Position numbers and translations under genes: made by a program. From the IMG/VR virus record IMGVR_UViG_3300025679_000005: a stretch of DNA of 64,000 nt; one strand, 5' to 3'. Below the pieces are notes generated by a model. The model saw nothing but the letters and a program-made list of their open reading frames with translations, searched no databases and was not told the origin of the DNA. Each line of letters begins with the position of its first letter. The first letter of the stretch is position 1. This DNA comes from a virus. Lineage: Duplodnaviria; Caudoviricetes. Positions 1 through 11,209 of this stretch are shown in pieces.

Positions 1-23
1 CGGCTCAAGCCGTCCCTGGAAAG

Positions 24-563
24 GTGTGCTGGTGTGGTAGGCTCATTGATCAGGGAACTTCTAGTACTTGCGCGACTTGTCGAAGTATCGGCCGCAAAGC
101 CGATAAGATTAGGTATGCCAAGTCTTTAGAGCGTCATGCCAAGGAAGGGATTTGCGTCAAACGCTGTGATAACCTGGCAATGCCTGATCGGACAGAATGC
201 GAGGAGTGCTGGTGGAAGGTAATGGCACAGCACCATCTTCTGTCGGCCTCAAGGGCGACAGACCTTCAGAGCCTGTTGAAATCTCAGGAGGGCCGCTGTG
301 CCCTAACAGGGTTTCCTTTGGAGCCCCCATTCATAGAGTTGGATCACATCGTGCCCTTGGGTCAAGGAGGGAGCACGGAGCTGGAAAACATGCAGCTAAT
401 GTTACCCATAGTGAATCGAATAAAAGCGCATTTGCGTCAAGACGAGCTGTTTGCTTTTTGCCGATTGGTGGTAGCTCACAACGAGGGCAAAGTGAGTGAA
501 GAGGCTGCTCTCAGAGGGGCCGCTAAACAACCTAATGTAGGTTGTAAGACAGGTCGAAAATGA
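24..563 (+). CDS. HNH endonuclease with N-terminal CxxC motifs
   Basis: RCALTG...ELDHIVPLGQGGSTELENMQ HNH-type motif; several CxxC pairs. Confidence 0.8.
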   Translation: MCWCGRLIDQGTSSTCATCRSIGRKADKIRYAKSLERHAKEGICVKRCDNLAMPDRTECEECWWKVMAQHHLLSASRATDLQSLLKSQEGRCALTGFPLEPPFIELDHIVPLGQGGSTELENMQLMLPIVNRIKAHLRQDELFAFCRLVVAHNEGKVSEEAALRGAAKQPNVGCKTGRK

Positions 564-1045
564 GATGCGATCGATGCCCTAACGAGGCCGCCCCTGAACG
601 CTCTATGTGCATACTCTGCCTAGCGAGGACTAACGAGAGAGTGAAGGAAAGGTACAGGCTGAATCGAGAGGCCAGAGCCGCTAACCCTGATGCTGAACAT
701 CCCTGTGCGAGATGCTTCAAACAGATGGCCGTACAGGGTCGGATTGAGTGTCTTGATTGTTGGTGGAAAGCAACTGCCAACAGGTACTTCCAATCAGTCA
801 AGTTTGCGCCTGGCCTACGAGAAATATGGGAATCTCAAGACTGTCGCTGTGCCCTTACTGGAGTGTCAATTGAGCCACCGAACATGGAACTGGATCACAT
901 CGTTGCCCTAGCCATTGGTGGCTCCAACACCCTCGATAATATGCAGTGGGTGCTGCCTGTGATCAACTCGATGAAGCACACCCTCATGACAGACGAGTTC
1001 GTATCGCTGTGTGCTGTCATCTTGAAGCACAGCCAGAAGTGTTAG
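560..1045 (+). CDS. HNH endonuclease, paralog of upstream gene
   Basis: RCALTG...ELDHIVALAIGGSNTLDNMQ; ATGA overlap with upstream ORF. Confidence 0.8.
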   Translation: MRCDRCPNEAAPERSMCILCLARTNERVKERYRLNREARAANPDAEHPCARCFKQMAVQGRIECLDCWWKATANRYFQSVKFAPGLREIWESQDCRCALTGVSIEPPNMELDHIVALAIGGSNTLDNMQWVLPVINSMKHTLMTDEFVSLCAVILKHSQKC

Positions 1046-1059
1046 GCTCATGGACGGTG

Positions 1060-1653
1060 TTACGCAAGAGTGTGCCTAGAGGTGTTGAACGTGGCTTCTC
1101 GTGAACAGCCCCGGCTCTTCAGGCACGTAAAGGCTAGATCCGAACCCTGTGCGGTTATGTAGTCCGAGAATCTCTCTACCCTATGCCAGAGGAAGTGTCT
1201 GAGGCGGACCTCCTCTGCGGGCATGTCGTGAGGTAGGTCCGTCACCACGAGTACCGGCACATTGTGATGTATTGCAAGGAATTTCGCCTCCATGTAGACG
1301 ACTGGAAATTGGTGCAAGTTACTGAAACGTAGCTCAAGAACCACCAGCTTGAAATCCGGCTGTACTTCGAGTCCTCGAATATTTTCCGCAGCCTGCAATT
1401 CCGACCCCGCATTCTCTGGGAAGTAGCGAAGGGTGGGGGTAAGTACCCCCACCCCGTAAGGCTTGCCCACCCCGTAAGGCTTGCGTAACCCCGGGGATGC
1501 GCCATGCACCCACAGGTCTCCAGGACGAATCCTCCTTCCGAGGACCTCGTCGAAGGACTTGGGACTCTTTGACGAGGCCAGTGCAACCTCGGGCATTACA
1601 GCCAAGGTCAGTGGGATTGAAGCGAGGGCGGTGACGAAGGTTCGACGATCCAT
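1060..1653 (-). CDS. Hypothetical protein, Tat-like N-terminus and degenerate DnaB C-terminal-like region
   Basis: MDRRTFV + hydrophobic stretch + ALA; FLAIHHNVPVLVV...FTCLKSR resembles the DnaB C-terminus. Confidence 0.5.
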   Translation of the reverse strand: MDRRTFVTALASIPLTLAVMPEVALASSKSPKSFDEVLGRRIRPGDLWVHGASPGLRKPYGVGKPYGVGVLTPTLRYFPENAGSELQAAENIRGLEVQPDFKLVVLELRFSNLHQFPVVYMEAKFLAIHHNVPVLVVTDLPHDMPAEEVRLRHFLWHRVERFSDYITAQGSDLAFTCLKSRGCSREATFNTSRHTLA

Positions 1654-1799
1654 GCGTGGTCCTTACACCAAAAGGAGGGCCTCGGAGGAGTTTACGCCGA
1701 AACCTACGATATCCCTTAACTTTGAGCAGGAAATGGACGTACCGATGGTGTATTCCATGACACGGCTTGCGAGAGGTTCGGTGCCAGCAAAAAGGCCGG

Positions 1800-1958
1800 G
1801 ACCGCTCGCAGTAACCGCAAGCTCTCTGAAAACCTAACGATTTTTACCGACACTGGCCCGAGGTGCGTTCTCTGTGTAGACTCTCACTGAGTTGAAACCG
1901 GAGGCTCTCGCAAAACCAGTGCCAGGTATTCGTATTCATACGACCAATCTGAATACGT
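1800..1958 (+). promoter_or_regulatory. Leader of type I array
   Basis: Non-coding; TGTG-TAGACT promoter-like motif ~1873-1882; CTCTCGCAAAA at 1905-1915 and CGCTCGCAG at 1803. Confidence 0.6.
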
Positions 1959-4900
1959 CCTCAGAGGCTATTGGCTTCTGAGGTGAATTGAAACGTCTGC
2001 GTAGGTGCTCGTGGCGAGCGTGACCGATTCCGCCTCAGAGGCTATTGGCTTCTGAGGTGAATTGAAACGGGTTGTTCGCAAAACACAGCTAGACCGGCTC
2101 CGCCCCTCAGAGGCTATTGGCTTCTGAGGTGAATTGAAACAAGGAAGTTGAGCGGGACGCGGCCGATACCATGAAGCCTCAGAGGCTATTGGCTTCTGAG
2201 GTGAATTGAAACGTGTCAATCGCATCCAATTGCAGTTGGGCCTTGCTCCCTCAGAGGCTATTGGCTTCTGAGGTGAATTGAAACCGGCTGGATATCGGCC
2301 AATGCCTCGATGTCTCCAATCCTCAGAGGCTATTGGCTTCTGAGGTGAATTGAAACCAGAGCGGGGACACTGTCGCCTCGATTGCTACGGGGCCTCAGAG
2401 GCTATTGGCTTCTGAGGTGAATTGAAACGCCAGCACTACCGATCCAACCGCTTTGACGGTTAGGGCCCTCAGAGGCTATTGGCTTCTGAGGTGAATTGAA
2501 ACTACTGGGTGCGCGATCTTGAGCGCCTCCTAATCCAGCCTCAGAGGCTATTGGCTTCTGAGGTGAATTGAAACCTGGACGGCTATCAGCTCGCTCAAGC
2601 AGACCGAGCCAACCTCAGAGGCTATTGGCTTCTGAGGTGAATTGAAACTCCATGGACACGGCAATGTGTACTTGCCAGCCGTTGCCCCTCAGAGGCTATT
2701 GGCTTCTGAGGTGAATTGAAACCAAACCTATAGCGAGATCACAGCCGCTGTCAGGGCCCCTCAGAGGCTATTGGCTTCTGAGGTGAATTGAAACATCATG
2801 ACCTCTACATCGGGGCCTACAAATCCGTTGCCCCTCAGAGGCTATTGGCTTCTGAGGTGAATTGAAACGTTAGCCGGGGCTTGATTTGGGACGCAATGTC
2901 GGAGCCTCAGAGGCTATTGGCTTCTGAGGTGAATTGAAACAGCGTGAGCTTGTCGGGATGATCTAAGGCCCAACGCCTCAGAGGCTATTGGCTTCTGAGG
3001 TGAATTGAAACGAGACGGAAAGCCGTTTAACGATTTGATCCCCGCTCAGCCTCAGAGGCTATTGGCTTCTGAGGTGAATTGAAACCTACAGTCAGGACTG
3101 ACGTATAGGCGGGCTACCTCGACCTCAGAGGCTATTGGCTTCTGAGGTGAATTGAAACACCATCGAGAGGTTGACCCAGCGGTTTGGCTTGAGCCTCAGA
3201 GGCTATTGGCTTCTGAGGTGAATTGAAACAGGGTGGGGCAGGCGCACACCAGCTGCGTGCGCAGCCTCAGAGGCTATTGGCTTCTGAGGTGAATTGAAAC
3301 CAAAGCCCAAGAAAGCCAAGAGGAAGTAGTGGATTAGCCTCAGAGGCTATTGGCTTCTGAGGTGAATTGAAACGTCTGCAGCTCCTCGATTTTCTCTGAT
3401 GCGATCGATCCTCAGAGGCTATTGGCTTCTGAGGTGAATTGAAACAGGCGGGGAATGCCAAGTTGATCGCGCGGATCCAACCCCCTCAGAGGCTATTGGC
3501 TTCTGAGGTGAATTGAAACCATGGTGGGTTGCTTCGCCGGCCGTATGCTGGGGAGCCTCAGAGGCTATTGGCTTCTGAGGTGAATTGAAACGGGGCGTCA
3601 ACAGGGGACGGAACGAGAGTGAACGATTCCTCAGAGGCTATTGGCTTCTGAGGTGAATTGAAACTTGGTAACGTCGGTCGGCAGCTAGGCCGAACACACG
3701 GAGCCTCAGAGGCTATTGGCTTCTGAGGTGAATTGAAACTTGGCCTTTGAGGTCTTGGCCCTGTGCCTATCTTTGCCTCAGAGGCTATTGGCTTCTGAGG
3801 TGAATTGAAACAGCTACTATTTCCCGCTCTACATCCCAGCGGGCTCGACAGCCTCAGAGGCTATTGGCTTCTGAGGTGAATTGAAACTGGGGGATGCGTT
3901 TGGTCTTGGGCTTGCCCTTGGCATCCTCAGAGGCTATTGGCTTCTGAGGTGAATTGAAACCAAGAAGCGTTTGAACTTGATCGGATCCGCACTGTGCCTC
4001 AGAGGCTATTGGCTTCTGAGGTGAATTGAAACACTTACAACACGTTGCCGGAGACCTGGGAGAGCACCCTCAGAGGCTATTGGCTTCTGAGGTGAATTGA
4101 AACGCGGGGTTTGCGGGGGGCATACCCTCAGCGGCTGACCTCAGAGGCTATTGGCTTCTGAGGTGAATTGAAACCAAGAGCGTCGGGTCATGAATCTGCT
4201 CAAGAAGACATCCTCAGAGGCTATTGGCTTCTGAGGTGAATTGAAACGGCCAGCTTCGGAGCCGCTCTTGGATGTCCTCCGACCAAGCCTCAGAGGCTAT
4301 TGGCTTCTGAGGTGAATTGAAACGCTACGAGGATCCAGGCTAGCTGGCGAATGAACCACCTCAGAGGCTATTGGCTTCTGAGGTGAATTGAAACTAGGGC
4401 AGCCCCTGAGGGGACGGAGCATCCCGTGAGGCCTCAGAGGCTATTGGCTTCTGAGGTGAATTGAAACGCGAACTGCTTGGCCAAGGGAGCGACAGCCTGA
4501 GCGACCCTCAGAGGCTATTGGCTTCTGAGGTGAATTGAAACGAGCTGCAACTGAGCTGCCTGGGATGGCCCAGTAGAGCCTCAGAGGCTATTGGCTTCTG
4601 AGGTGAATTGAAACGACCAACGACCCTCGCCGAAGTGTCGGGACTTCCCGGCCTCAGAGGCTATTGGCTTCTGAGGTGAATTGAAACAGTCCTTGGCGTT
4701 GCCATTCGAGGCAGCCATCGACCCCTCAGAGGCTATTGGCTTCTGAGGTGAATTGAAACATGTAATATAATACGGTATGGAACCTACACACTTAACCTCA
4801 GAGGCTATTTGGCTTCTGATGTGAATTGAAACAAAGACCTCGACACTGGTGGTCGTCGTCGACCCTCAGAGGTCTCTGATCTCTGAGGTGCGTTGAAACG

Positions 4901-7599
4901 ATCGAAAGCGTGAGGTGCTATCAGAGGGTCTATGATCTCTGATCTCTGAGGTGGATTGAAACACACGGATTCGGACCTCATGCTCCGTGTTGACTTCCCT
5001 CAGGGTCATTGATCTCTGAGGTGAATTGAAACCTCCGAATGCTCACGCCGGCAGAGCGTCGTCATGGGGAGCCTCAGAGGTCTCTGATCTCTGAGGTGAA
5101 TTGAAACGAGACGATCCAGGTCGTGGTCGCCACGTGCGGACAAGCCCTCAGAGGTCTCTGATCTCTGAGGTGAATTGAAACGCTCACCTAGTGACCGAGG
5201 AAAAGAAGGTCGATGGCCTCAGAGGTCTCTGATCTCTGAGGTGAATTGAAACGATTCTGCCGCTCCCCCTAAGCGCTCATGTCGAGCGCCTCAGAAGGCT
5301 CTGATCTCTGAGGTGAGTTGAAACGATTCCCGTGTGCCCCGCTACGTCCAATCACGGACGCACCTCAGAGGTCTATGATCTCTGAGGTGAATTGAAACTG
5401 GTAAGAGCCGGTGGCGTATACCTCGAAGTCCGCACTCCTCTGATCTCTGAGGTGAATTGAAACAGGCAGGGGTCACAGAGCTTGCGACCGACCTTGACCT
5501 CAGAGGTCTATGATCTCTGAGGTGAATTGAAACACTTGCTTCGTGGTCATGCCAGGTCGGGGGACACTCAACCTCAGAGGTCTAGGATCTATGATCTCTG
5601 AGGTGAATTGAAACGAATGGGCACGTTGGAATGCACTAAGATGGTTGGCGGCCTCAGAGGCCTATGATCTCTGAAGGTGTATTGAAACAAGGCACTGCGA
5701 GTCTTTGACGCTTCCGCGAAGGCTGTCTCAGAGGTCTATGATCTCTGAGGTGAATTGAAACCTCACGAGCAACAAGAGGCCACGGGCGCAGCCCCGGCCT
5801 CTTTGGTCACTGATCCCGGAGGTGAGTTGAAACTTCAGGAGAACTCAGAGGCTATTGGCTTCTGAGTTGAGTTGAAATTCCTGCTGAATCGTGATGCCTG
5901 TAGCCTAAGTGAGTTGAAACAGCCGTAGCGAATAGCCATGTGAGTAGAGAGGCTACCTGAGGTCAATGATCTCAGAGTGAGTTGAAACGTCGTGATGGAG
6001 CGTGTGCACTCGACGGTCAGAGCCATCCTCTGAGGTCTTTAATCCCCGGAGGTGAATTGAAACGCCAGCGCGACCGTTACGAACGATGCCCGGAGGTCCC
6101 TCTGGGGTCTTTGATCCCGGAGGTGAGTTGAAACACAGACACTCTTGGGCTTTAACATCGTTCCTCAGAGGTCTATGATCTCTGAGGTGAATTGAAACAC
6201 TTCGGAGGCGGCCTTTGGAGGTCACATGTCTACTACCCTCAGAGGTCTATGATCTCTGAGGTGAGTTGAAACAGGGCGGCGCTTCGACAGATGCTCCAAG
6301 ACAACGCACCTCAGAGGTCGTTGATCTCAGAGGTGAATTGAAACGGAGTCTGCTGAAGCAGATCGTCAATAGCGATCTTGGTGCCTCAGAGGTCTCTGAT
6401 CTCTGAGGTGAGTTGAAACACGTGGAGCGGCAGGCCAGCTAGGCTTCTCCGGATCCCTCAGAGGTCTCTGATCCCTGAGGTGAATTGAAACCAGGTACGG
6501 CCAACGTACCCCTTGGCGTGGGACTTCTGAGGTCTCTGATCTTAGAAGTGAATTGAAACATGAAGCCCAGCTCGTCCAGCGCCTTGATGTGCGGGGCCTC
6601 AGAGGTTCTGAGGTGAGTTGAAACGACTCCATCAGTGGACGCTGCGTCCACGCCGGATCCTCTGTGGTGTCATTGATCTCAGAGGTGGATTGAAACCAGG
6701 CCGCTCAGCGGTGTACCTATAGAGGTCTGAGGTCGGGGATCTCGTGAATTGAAACCTGAGCCAACCTCGTTGGACTGCTGGGTATCGAAGGCTTCTGAGA
6801 TCAATGATCTCAGAAGTGAGTTGAAACGCGAGCTGCTCTCACCGTGTCTGACAACCCCGCGGATCCTCTGGCTCACAGAGGTGAGTTGAAACATCAGAAC
6901 TGGCCTGCGAAGGTCGAAGGTCGTCTAGTCCTCTGGGGTCATTGATCCTGGAGGTGAGTTGAAACGTCTGGTCGGAACCCTATAGTGATCGTCAGAATTG
7001 GCCTCCAGGGTCTTTGGATCCTGGAGGTGAGTTGAAACATCGACGACGGCCCGGGAATGCTACCAGATGGCAACCTCAGAGGTCTCTGATCTCTGAGGTG
7101 AATTGAAACGCCGTGGTGGGCGCGTAGTCGCCAGCCTTGATCAAACCTCAGTGGTCTCTGATCTCTGAGGTGGATTGAAACGTTGGGGTGCGATGGGCTG
7201 CATCGGTCCTCAGAGGTCTATGATCTCTGAGGTGAATTGAAACCTCTGAGCTGAGCCGTACGGGTGCAAACCGATCCACTCCTCAGAGGTCTATGATCTC
7301 TGAGGTGAATTGAAACGCGGGTCAGGAATCCGTAGAACAAGCGCTCCAGGAGCGGCCTCAGAGGTCTCTGAGGTGAATTGAAACAACGGTCTGGTGTGGG
7401 ACTGCAAACCGCGGGTGGCTGCCTCAGAGGTCTCTGATCTCTGAGGTGAATTGAAACGTGAGCGAACACAAAGTGCTCTCAACCGCGACCGAACACCTCA
7501 GAGGTCTAGGATCTCTGAGGTGAATTGAAACAGAGGTAGTCGGCAGAGAAGATAGAATTCGGCTTCAGGGCCGACTTTCTTCCTGAAGTGTATTGAAAT
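1959..7599 (+). CRISPR. Type I-C-like CRISPR array, about 80 repeats of 36 nt in two repeat variants
   Basis: CCTCAGAGGCTATTGGCTTCTGAGGTGAATTGAAAC (about 40 copies, 1959-4833), then CCTCAGAGGTCT(C/A)TGATCTCTGAGGTGAATTGAAAC and degenerate variants to ~7599; ~33-40 nt spacers; ATTGAAAC end; adjacent to cas5. Confidence 0.98.
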
Positions 7600-7620
7600 A
7601 TTCTTGGAGTTTGACCAAAA

Positions 7621-7646
7621 GTACCGGGAGGGCCTCCTCCCGGTAC
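7621..7646 (+). terminator. GC-rich hairpin between array and cas5
   Basis: GTACCGGGAGG-GCCT-CCTCCCGGTAC, 11-bp stem; no strong U-tract. Confidence 0.45.
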
Positions 7647-7710
7647 TCCCAGAATGAACTTTCGGTGTATGGGGCCTTAAGCAGTTCGCGCCCCAGCCGT
7701 TAGGAAGAGC

Positions 7711-8352
7711 ATGGTCGAAATCAAAAGCAAAATGTACAACATCGAGATGCGAGGCCGCTTGGCCTGCTTCACAGCCGTCGAATCGAAGATCGAGCGGGTC
7801 TCGTACCCCATCCCCACCCCCTCAGCAGTAGAGGGCGCCTTGAGTGGCGTCATGGGGAAGCACGAGATCCAATGGCACTTGTCCCAGTGCCGCGTGCTCT
7901 CCAAGATCAGGCATACGCCCGTTCGTCGCAATGAGCTGAAGGAGTTCGGCAACAATCCTGTCTACATTGAGAACAACCGCGCCCAACGCACCACCCTGTA
8001 CCTGAAGGACGTGCACTACGTGTTCTCGGTCTTCATGACGATTCGGCCCGATGCCTTCACCAGGGACATCGTCAAGTACGAGTCCATGTTCGAACGTCGC
8101 ATGGAAGGCGGGCAGTTCGAATACTACCCGTATTTCGGCTTACGGGAACTCGCGGTCAGTCGTTACGCTTTGGTGGACGACCTGAGCCAGTTCACGCCTA
8201 TCCCGTTCTCACAGAACTTCGGTCGGATGTTCTACGGCCACCAGTATCGTGATCGTCGAGTCGTTTCCAGTAAGTTCTGGGAAGCCAAAATCGTCAGAGG
8301 CATCGTCAACTACCCATCGCGAGATGAGATCTTCGGAGAAATTGAAACATGA
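7711..8352 (+). CDS. cas5: Type I-C Cas5 (Cas5d)
   Basis: GRLACFT..ESKIERVSYPIPTPSAVEG, VRRNE, LYLKDVHY, PYFGLRE motifs typical of Cas5d. Confidence 0.93.
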   Translation: MVEIKSKMYNIEMRGRLACFTAVESKIERVSYPIPTPSAVEGALSGVMGKHEIQWHLSQCRVLSKIRHTPVRRNELKEFGNNPVYIENNRAQRTTLYLKDVHYVFSVFMTIRPDAFTRDIVKYESMFERRMEGGQFEYYPYFGLRELAVSRYALVDDLSQFTPIPFSQNFGRMFYGHQYRDRRVVSSKFWEAKIVRGIVNYPSRDEIFGEIET

Positions 8353-10154
8353 GCCAGTTACTCAGCAGCCTATACAGTTACGCGGTGGCCCACTCTCTAG
8401 AGGCTCCGTCAGAAGAGCGCGACTTCCCGCTCAAGTTGGTCTTGAACGAGAGCGGCTTCGTTGGCCTGGAGATCCTGAACCAGGCACTATGCGTTCCACC
8501 ACAAGTCATGATGAGAGGTAACAAGACGAAGCCAAATTTGGGCTACGACAATATCAGCTACGTTTTGGGCATTGGCCTCGTAGAACGAGCAGAGCGCTTC
8601 CCAGCGTTCTGGAAGCACACAATCGAGCAGTTGACCCGGGCCGGGGCACCGGAAGGAGTCCTCACCGCTGTCAAAGCTTTCCAAGACACGCGGGAATCGT
8701 GGAGGGAAGCGGCCCTGGCCTGCACCAGAGCATTTACCGAGGCGGACCCGAAGTTGGTGTTCGAGGGCGGGGAGTGGGTTGTCATTGAAGTTCAAGGCCA
8801 CGGCTATCTGCACAATACTCCAGGTCTTAGGCAAGACATCGAAAATATTGATGTCTTCGAGACAACGGGGATTTGTGCCGTATCGGGAGTTGCCTGTAAC
8901 CCCACACGATTGCATCCCGCCATCAAAGGGGTGCTAAAGGATGCAGTACCACTGGTCTCTTACAACGGCACTGCATACGAATTTGAAGGTCTCGAACAAG
9001 GGGCTAACTTTCCCACCAGTGCGACCGTAGCCCAAGGGTACACGAACGCCCTGAACGACTTGCTGTTCTATGTCCCCGATCGCCCGGGGCGTCGCAAGAA
9101 CGGGATCAATCTTCCCAGTGGTGCCGTTCTGGTGCTGTGGTCCAACGACCCAGAGGTGGATGTACAGCCTCTCATTGATGTCCTGTACGCCTCCAACAAC
9201 AAGGAGGACCGCGAGGTCGTGTCCAGGACTTGGGCCGCTTTTGAAGCCCTCAAGGAGTCTGAGGCAGAGGTCCACGTCTTGCTACTAGTCGGATACAGGG
9301 GTCGGATCTCCATCAATCGTTGGACGACTGTCTCCCTCACGGAGCTGCTGGTCAACCTGCGTAGCTATCGTCAAGCCTTCGCCAAGTTCTCGGAGTTCCC
9401 CAGCATGTACGAGCTGCTGGAGAACCTCAGCTCGGAAAAGCCTCAGATGGAGAATCCGAAGAAATACCTGCCGAAGCAAATTCTGTCGGAGACCCTTAAG
9501 AGTTCCCTCTACGAGGCCGTACTGTTCGGGGAACCCATTCCAAAGTCTGTCTACCAGTACGCTGTCAACCGCATGGTGCGGAGCAACCCCAACTCATACC
9601 CCTCCGAGCACGGATGGTTCCGCCAAATGGCGATCCTAAATGCTTGGATCAGCTTGAATCAACAACAAAAGGACACAATGACTGAGCCCACAAATTCTGA
9701 CGGCCCCCAGGGCCCGCAACGTTGCAACTACATTCCGAAGGACGCCTCCCCTGCTTTTCATGAGGGGCGCTTCCTGGCATGCGCCGAAGAGTATCAGTAC
9801 ATCTATGCCGGCCAAAAACCTGGCACCACAGCAAAAGTCGGCACGCCATTTGGCAGCAAGCTGAGTGAATTCTCGACAAATACTACCCGTTCAAAAGTGG
9901 CCATCCAAAGTGTACTCGTGATTTTCCAGAGAGGGTGCTCTGGACCCAGCGCCAATGTGGTCAGGGAAGAGCTGGATGATGTGACGTTTCACCTGGCTCT
10001 GCATCAGACCCCTGGCCGGGCCACCCCCAAACAACGCCAGGACATCTGTCAAGGCTACTTCAGCGAAAAACTCTACCTTAAGGATCGCAAGGGGTACCGT
10101 GCCCCGCTTCCCCCCACAACTGATGGAGACGAGAACACCTCGTCATCCGTTTGA
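8349..10154 (+). CDS. cas8c: Type I-C large subunit Cas8c (Csd1)
   Basis: GICAVSG...RLHPAIKG...LVSYN...QGANFPTS...YTNALNDLL Csd1 signature; position between cas5 and cas7. Confidence 0.9.
   Translation: MSQLLSSLYSYAVAHSLEAPSEERDFPLKLVLNESGFVGLEILNQALCVPPQVMMRGNKTKPNLGYDNISYVLGIGLVERAERFPAFWKHTIEQLTRAGAPEGVLTAVKAFQDTRESWREAALACTRAFTEADPKLVFEGGEWVVIEVQGHGYLHNTPGLRQDIENIDVFETTGICAVSGVACNPTRLHPAIKGVLKDAVPLVSYNGTAYEFEGLEQGANFPTSATVAQGYTNALNDLLFYVPDRPGRRKNGINLPSGAVLVLWSNDPEVDVQPLIDVLYASNNKEDREVVSRTWAAFEALKESEAEVHVLLLVGYRGRISINRWTTVSLTELLVNLRSYRQAFAKFSEFPSMYELLENLSSEKPQMENPKKYLPKQILSETLKSSLYEAVLFGEPIPKSVYQYAVNRMVRSNPNSYPSEHGWFRQMAILNAWISLNQQQKDTMTEPTNSDGPQGPQRCNYIPKDASPAFHEGRFLACAEEYQYIYAGQKPGTTAKVGTPFGSKLSEFSTNTTRSKVAIQSVLVIFQRGCSGPSANVVREELDDVTFHLALHQTPGRATPKQRQDICQGYFSEKLYLKDRKGYRAPLPPTTDGDENTSSSV
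9678..10154 (+). CDS. cas11: Probable Cas11 from an internal in-frame start in cas8c
   Basis: AAGGA-CACA-ATG at 9669-9680 followed by AFHEGRFLACAEEYQ; internal Cas11 translation is established for type I-C. Confidence 0.6.
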   Translation: MTEPTNSDGPQGPQRCNYIPKDASPAFHEGRFLACAEEYQYIYAGQKPGTTAKVGTPFGSKLSEFSTNTTRSKVAIQSVLVIFQRGCSGPSANVVREELDDVTFHLALHQTPGRATPKQRQDICQGYFSEKLYLKDRKGYRAPLPPTTDGDENTSSSV

Positions 10155-11131
10155 TCGACTCTCAAAACACAAATAGGAACAAAATGGCACCGAAAAAAGC
10201 TACTGCTGCTGCAATTCTCGAAACCCCGTCCAACACAGCTGTCGAGAAATCCCACTCCGACACCGTGGTCGATCGTCGCATCGACATCTTCATCGTGTGG
10301 GACATCACCGCAGGGTCTCCTCAAGGGGATCCTGCTCAACTCAACAACCGTCCTCGTGAGGACATCGACACCGGCAACGGCATGTTCACGGATGCTGGCT
10401 GGAAACGCCACATCCGTGACTACATCATGATGGCCTACGAGGGCAAGGAAGGTCTGGACATCCACATCCGTCAGAAAGCGATCTTGTCAGAGGGCGTTCT
10501 CGATGCCCAAACCAAGCTCGGGATCAAGCCCGCGGATGCCCAGAAAGACGCAAATCAAACTCGTGTCCGCGACGCCATGTGCAAAAGCTACTTCGATGTC
10601 CGAGCATTCGGCGAAGTTGTAGCCCACAGCACCGCCACCAACTCCGGCAAGATCACTGGCCCTGTCCAGTTCACGCACTTCTGGAGCCAAGATCCCTTGG
10701 ACACCATGGAGATCAAGGGGACCCGCGTGGCGGTCGCCAACCAAGAGCGCTCGGACAGCATGGCCGGGTTCAACCAGGACTTCAGCATCAAGTACGTGGT
10801 CCCGTACGCCCTGTTCCACGGAAACGGCTTCGTGTCCCCCTTCTGGGCCAAGAAGACGGGATTCACCTGGGGCGACTACGAAGTGCTGATCGAAGCCATG
10901 AAGAACCTGTTCGAGAATCGTCGAACATCTTCGAGCGGGCTTCGGACTACCCGAAAGATCATCGCTTTCGAGCACAGCACCCACTTGGGCTGCGCTCCGG
11001 CGGCCGATCTCTTCGATCTGGTCAAGATCGTCAAGAAGAACCCCGACAAGCCGGCTCGTGCCTACTCGGATTACGAGATCACGATCGACGAGGCGAATCT
11101 GCCTGCCGGTGTAACCGTCAAGGTGTACTGA
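10151..11131 (+). CDS. cas7: Type I-C Cas7 (Csd2); probable start ATG 10184
   Basis: GSPQGDP...NRPR..D...G.FTD..WKRHIRDY, FDVRAFG, ITGPVQF, KYVVPYALF motifs. Confidence 0.95.
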   Translation: MIDSQNTNRNKMAPKKATAAAILETPSNTAVEKSHSDTVVDRRIDIFIVWDITAGSPQGDPAQLNNRPREDIDTGNGMFTDAGWKRHIRDYIMMAYEGKEGLDIHIRQKAILSEGVLDAQTKLGIKPADAQKDANQTRVRDAMCKSYFDVRAFGEVVAHSTATNSGKITGPVQFTHFWSQDPLDTMEIKGTRVAVANQERSDSMAGFNQDFSIKYVVPYALFHGNGFVSPFWAKKTGFTWGDYEVLIEAMKNLFENRRTSSSGLRTTRKIIAFEHSTHLGCAPAADLFDLVKIVKKNPDKPARAYSDYEITIDEANLPAGVTVKVY

Positions 11132-11147
11132 TCCCCTGACGGCTCTT

Positions 11148-11191
11148 GCAGGGGGAGGGTATGACACCTTCCCCCTGCTTCCTTCTATTTT
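11148..11191 (+). terminator. Intrinsic terminator-like hairpin between cas7 and helicase
   Basis: GCAGGGGGAGGGT-ATGAC-ACCTTCCCCCTGC followed by a T-rich tract. Confidence 0.6.
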
Positions 11192-11209
11192 CACACACGA
11201 AAGATTTAA

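Noticed and set aside
1450-1484. 18-nt tandem duplication (also 12-nt at ~18515)
   Set aside because: Simple in-frame slippage duplications with no spacer structure
3740-3775. Type I spacer resembling the HU gene (TTGGCCTT...GGTCTTGG)
   Set aside because: About 16/19 over a short low-complexity Lys/Ala-coding stretch; not a credible protospacer
1968-7482. ORFs in the track across the type I array and the other arrays
   Set aside because: Artefacts of repeat periodicity (FNSPQKPIASE, VSVLEPLSG, EGDETLSSGH)
10487-11194. Long antisense or alternative-frame ORFs over cas7 and other GC-rich genes
   Set aside because: Shadow ORFs from high GC3 codon bias; no motifs or promoter
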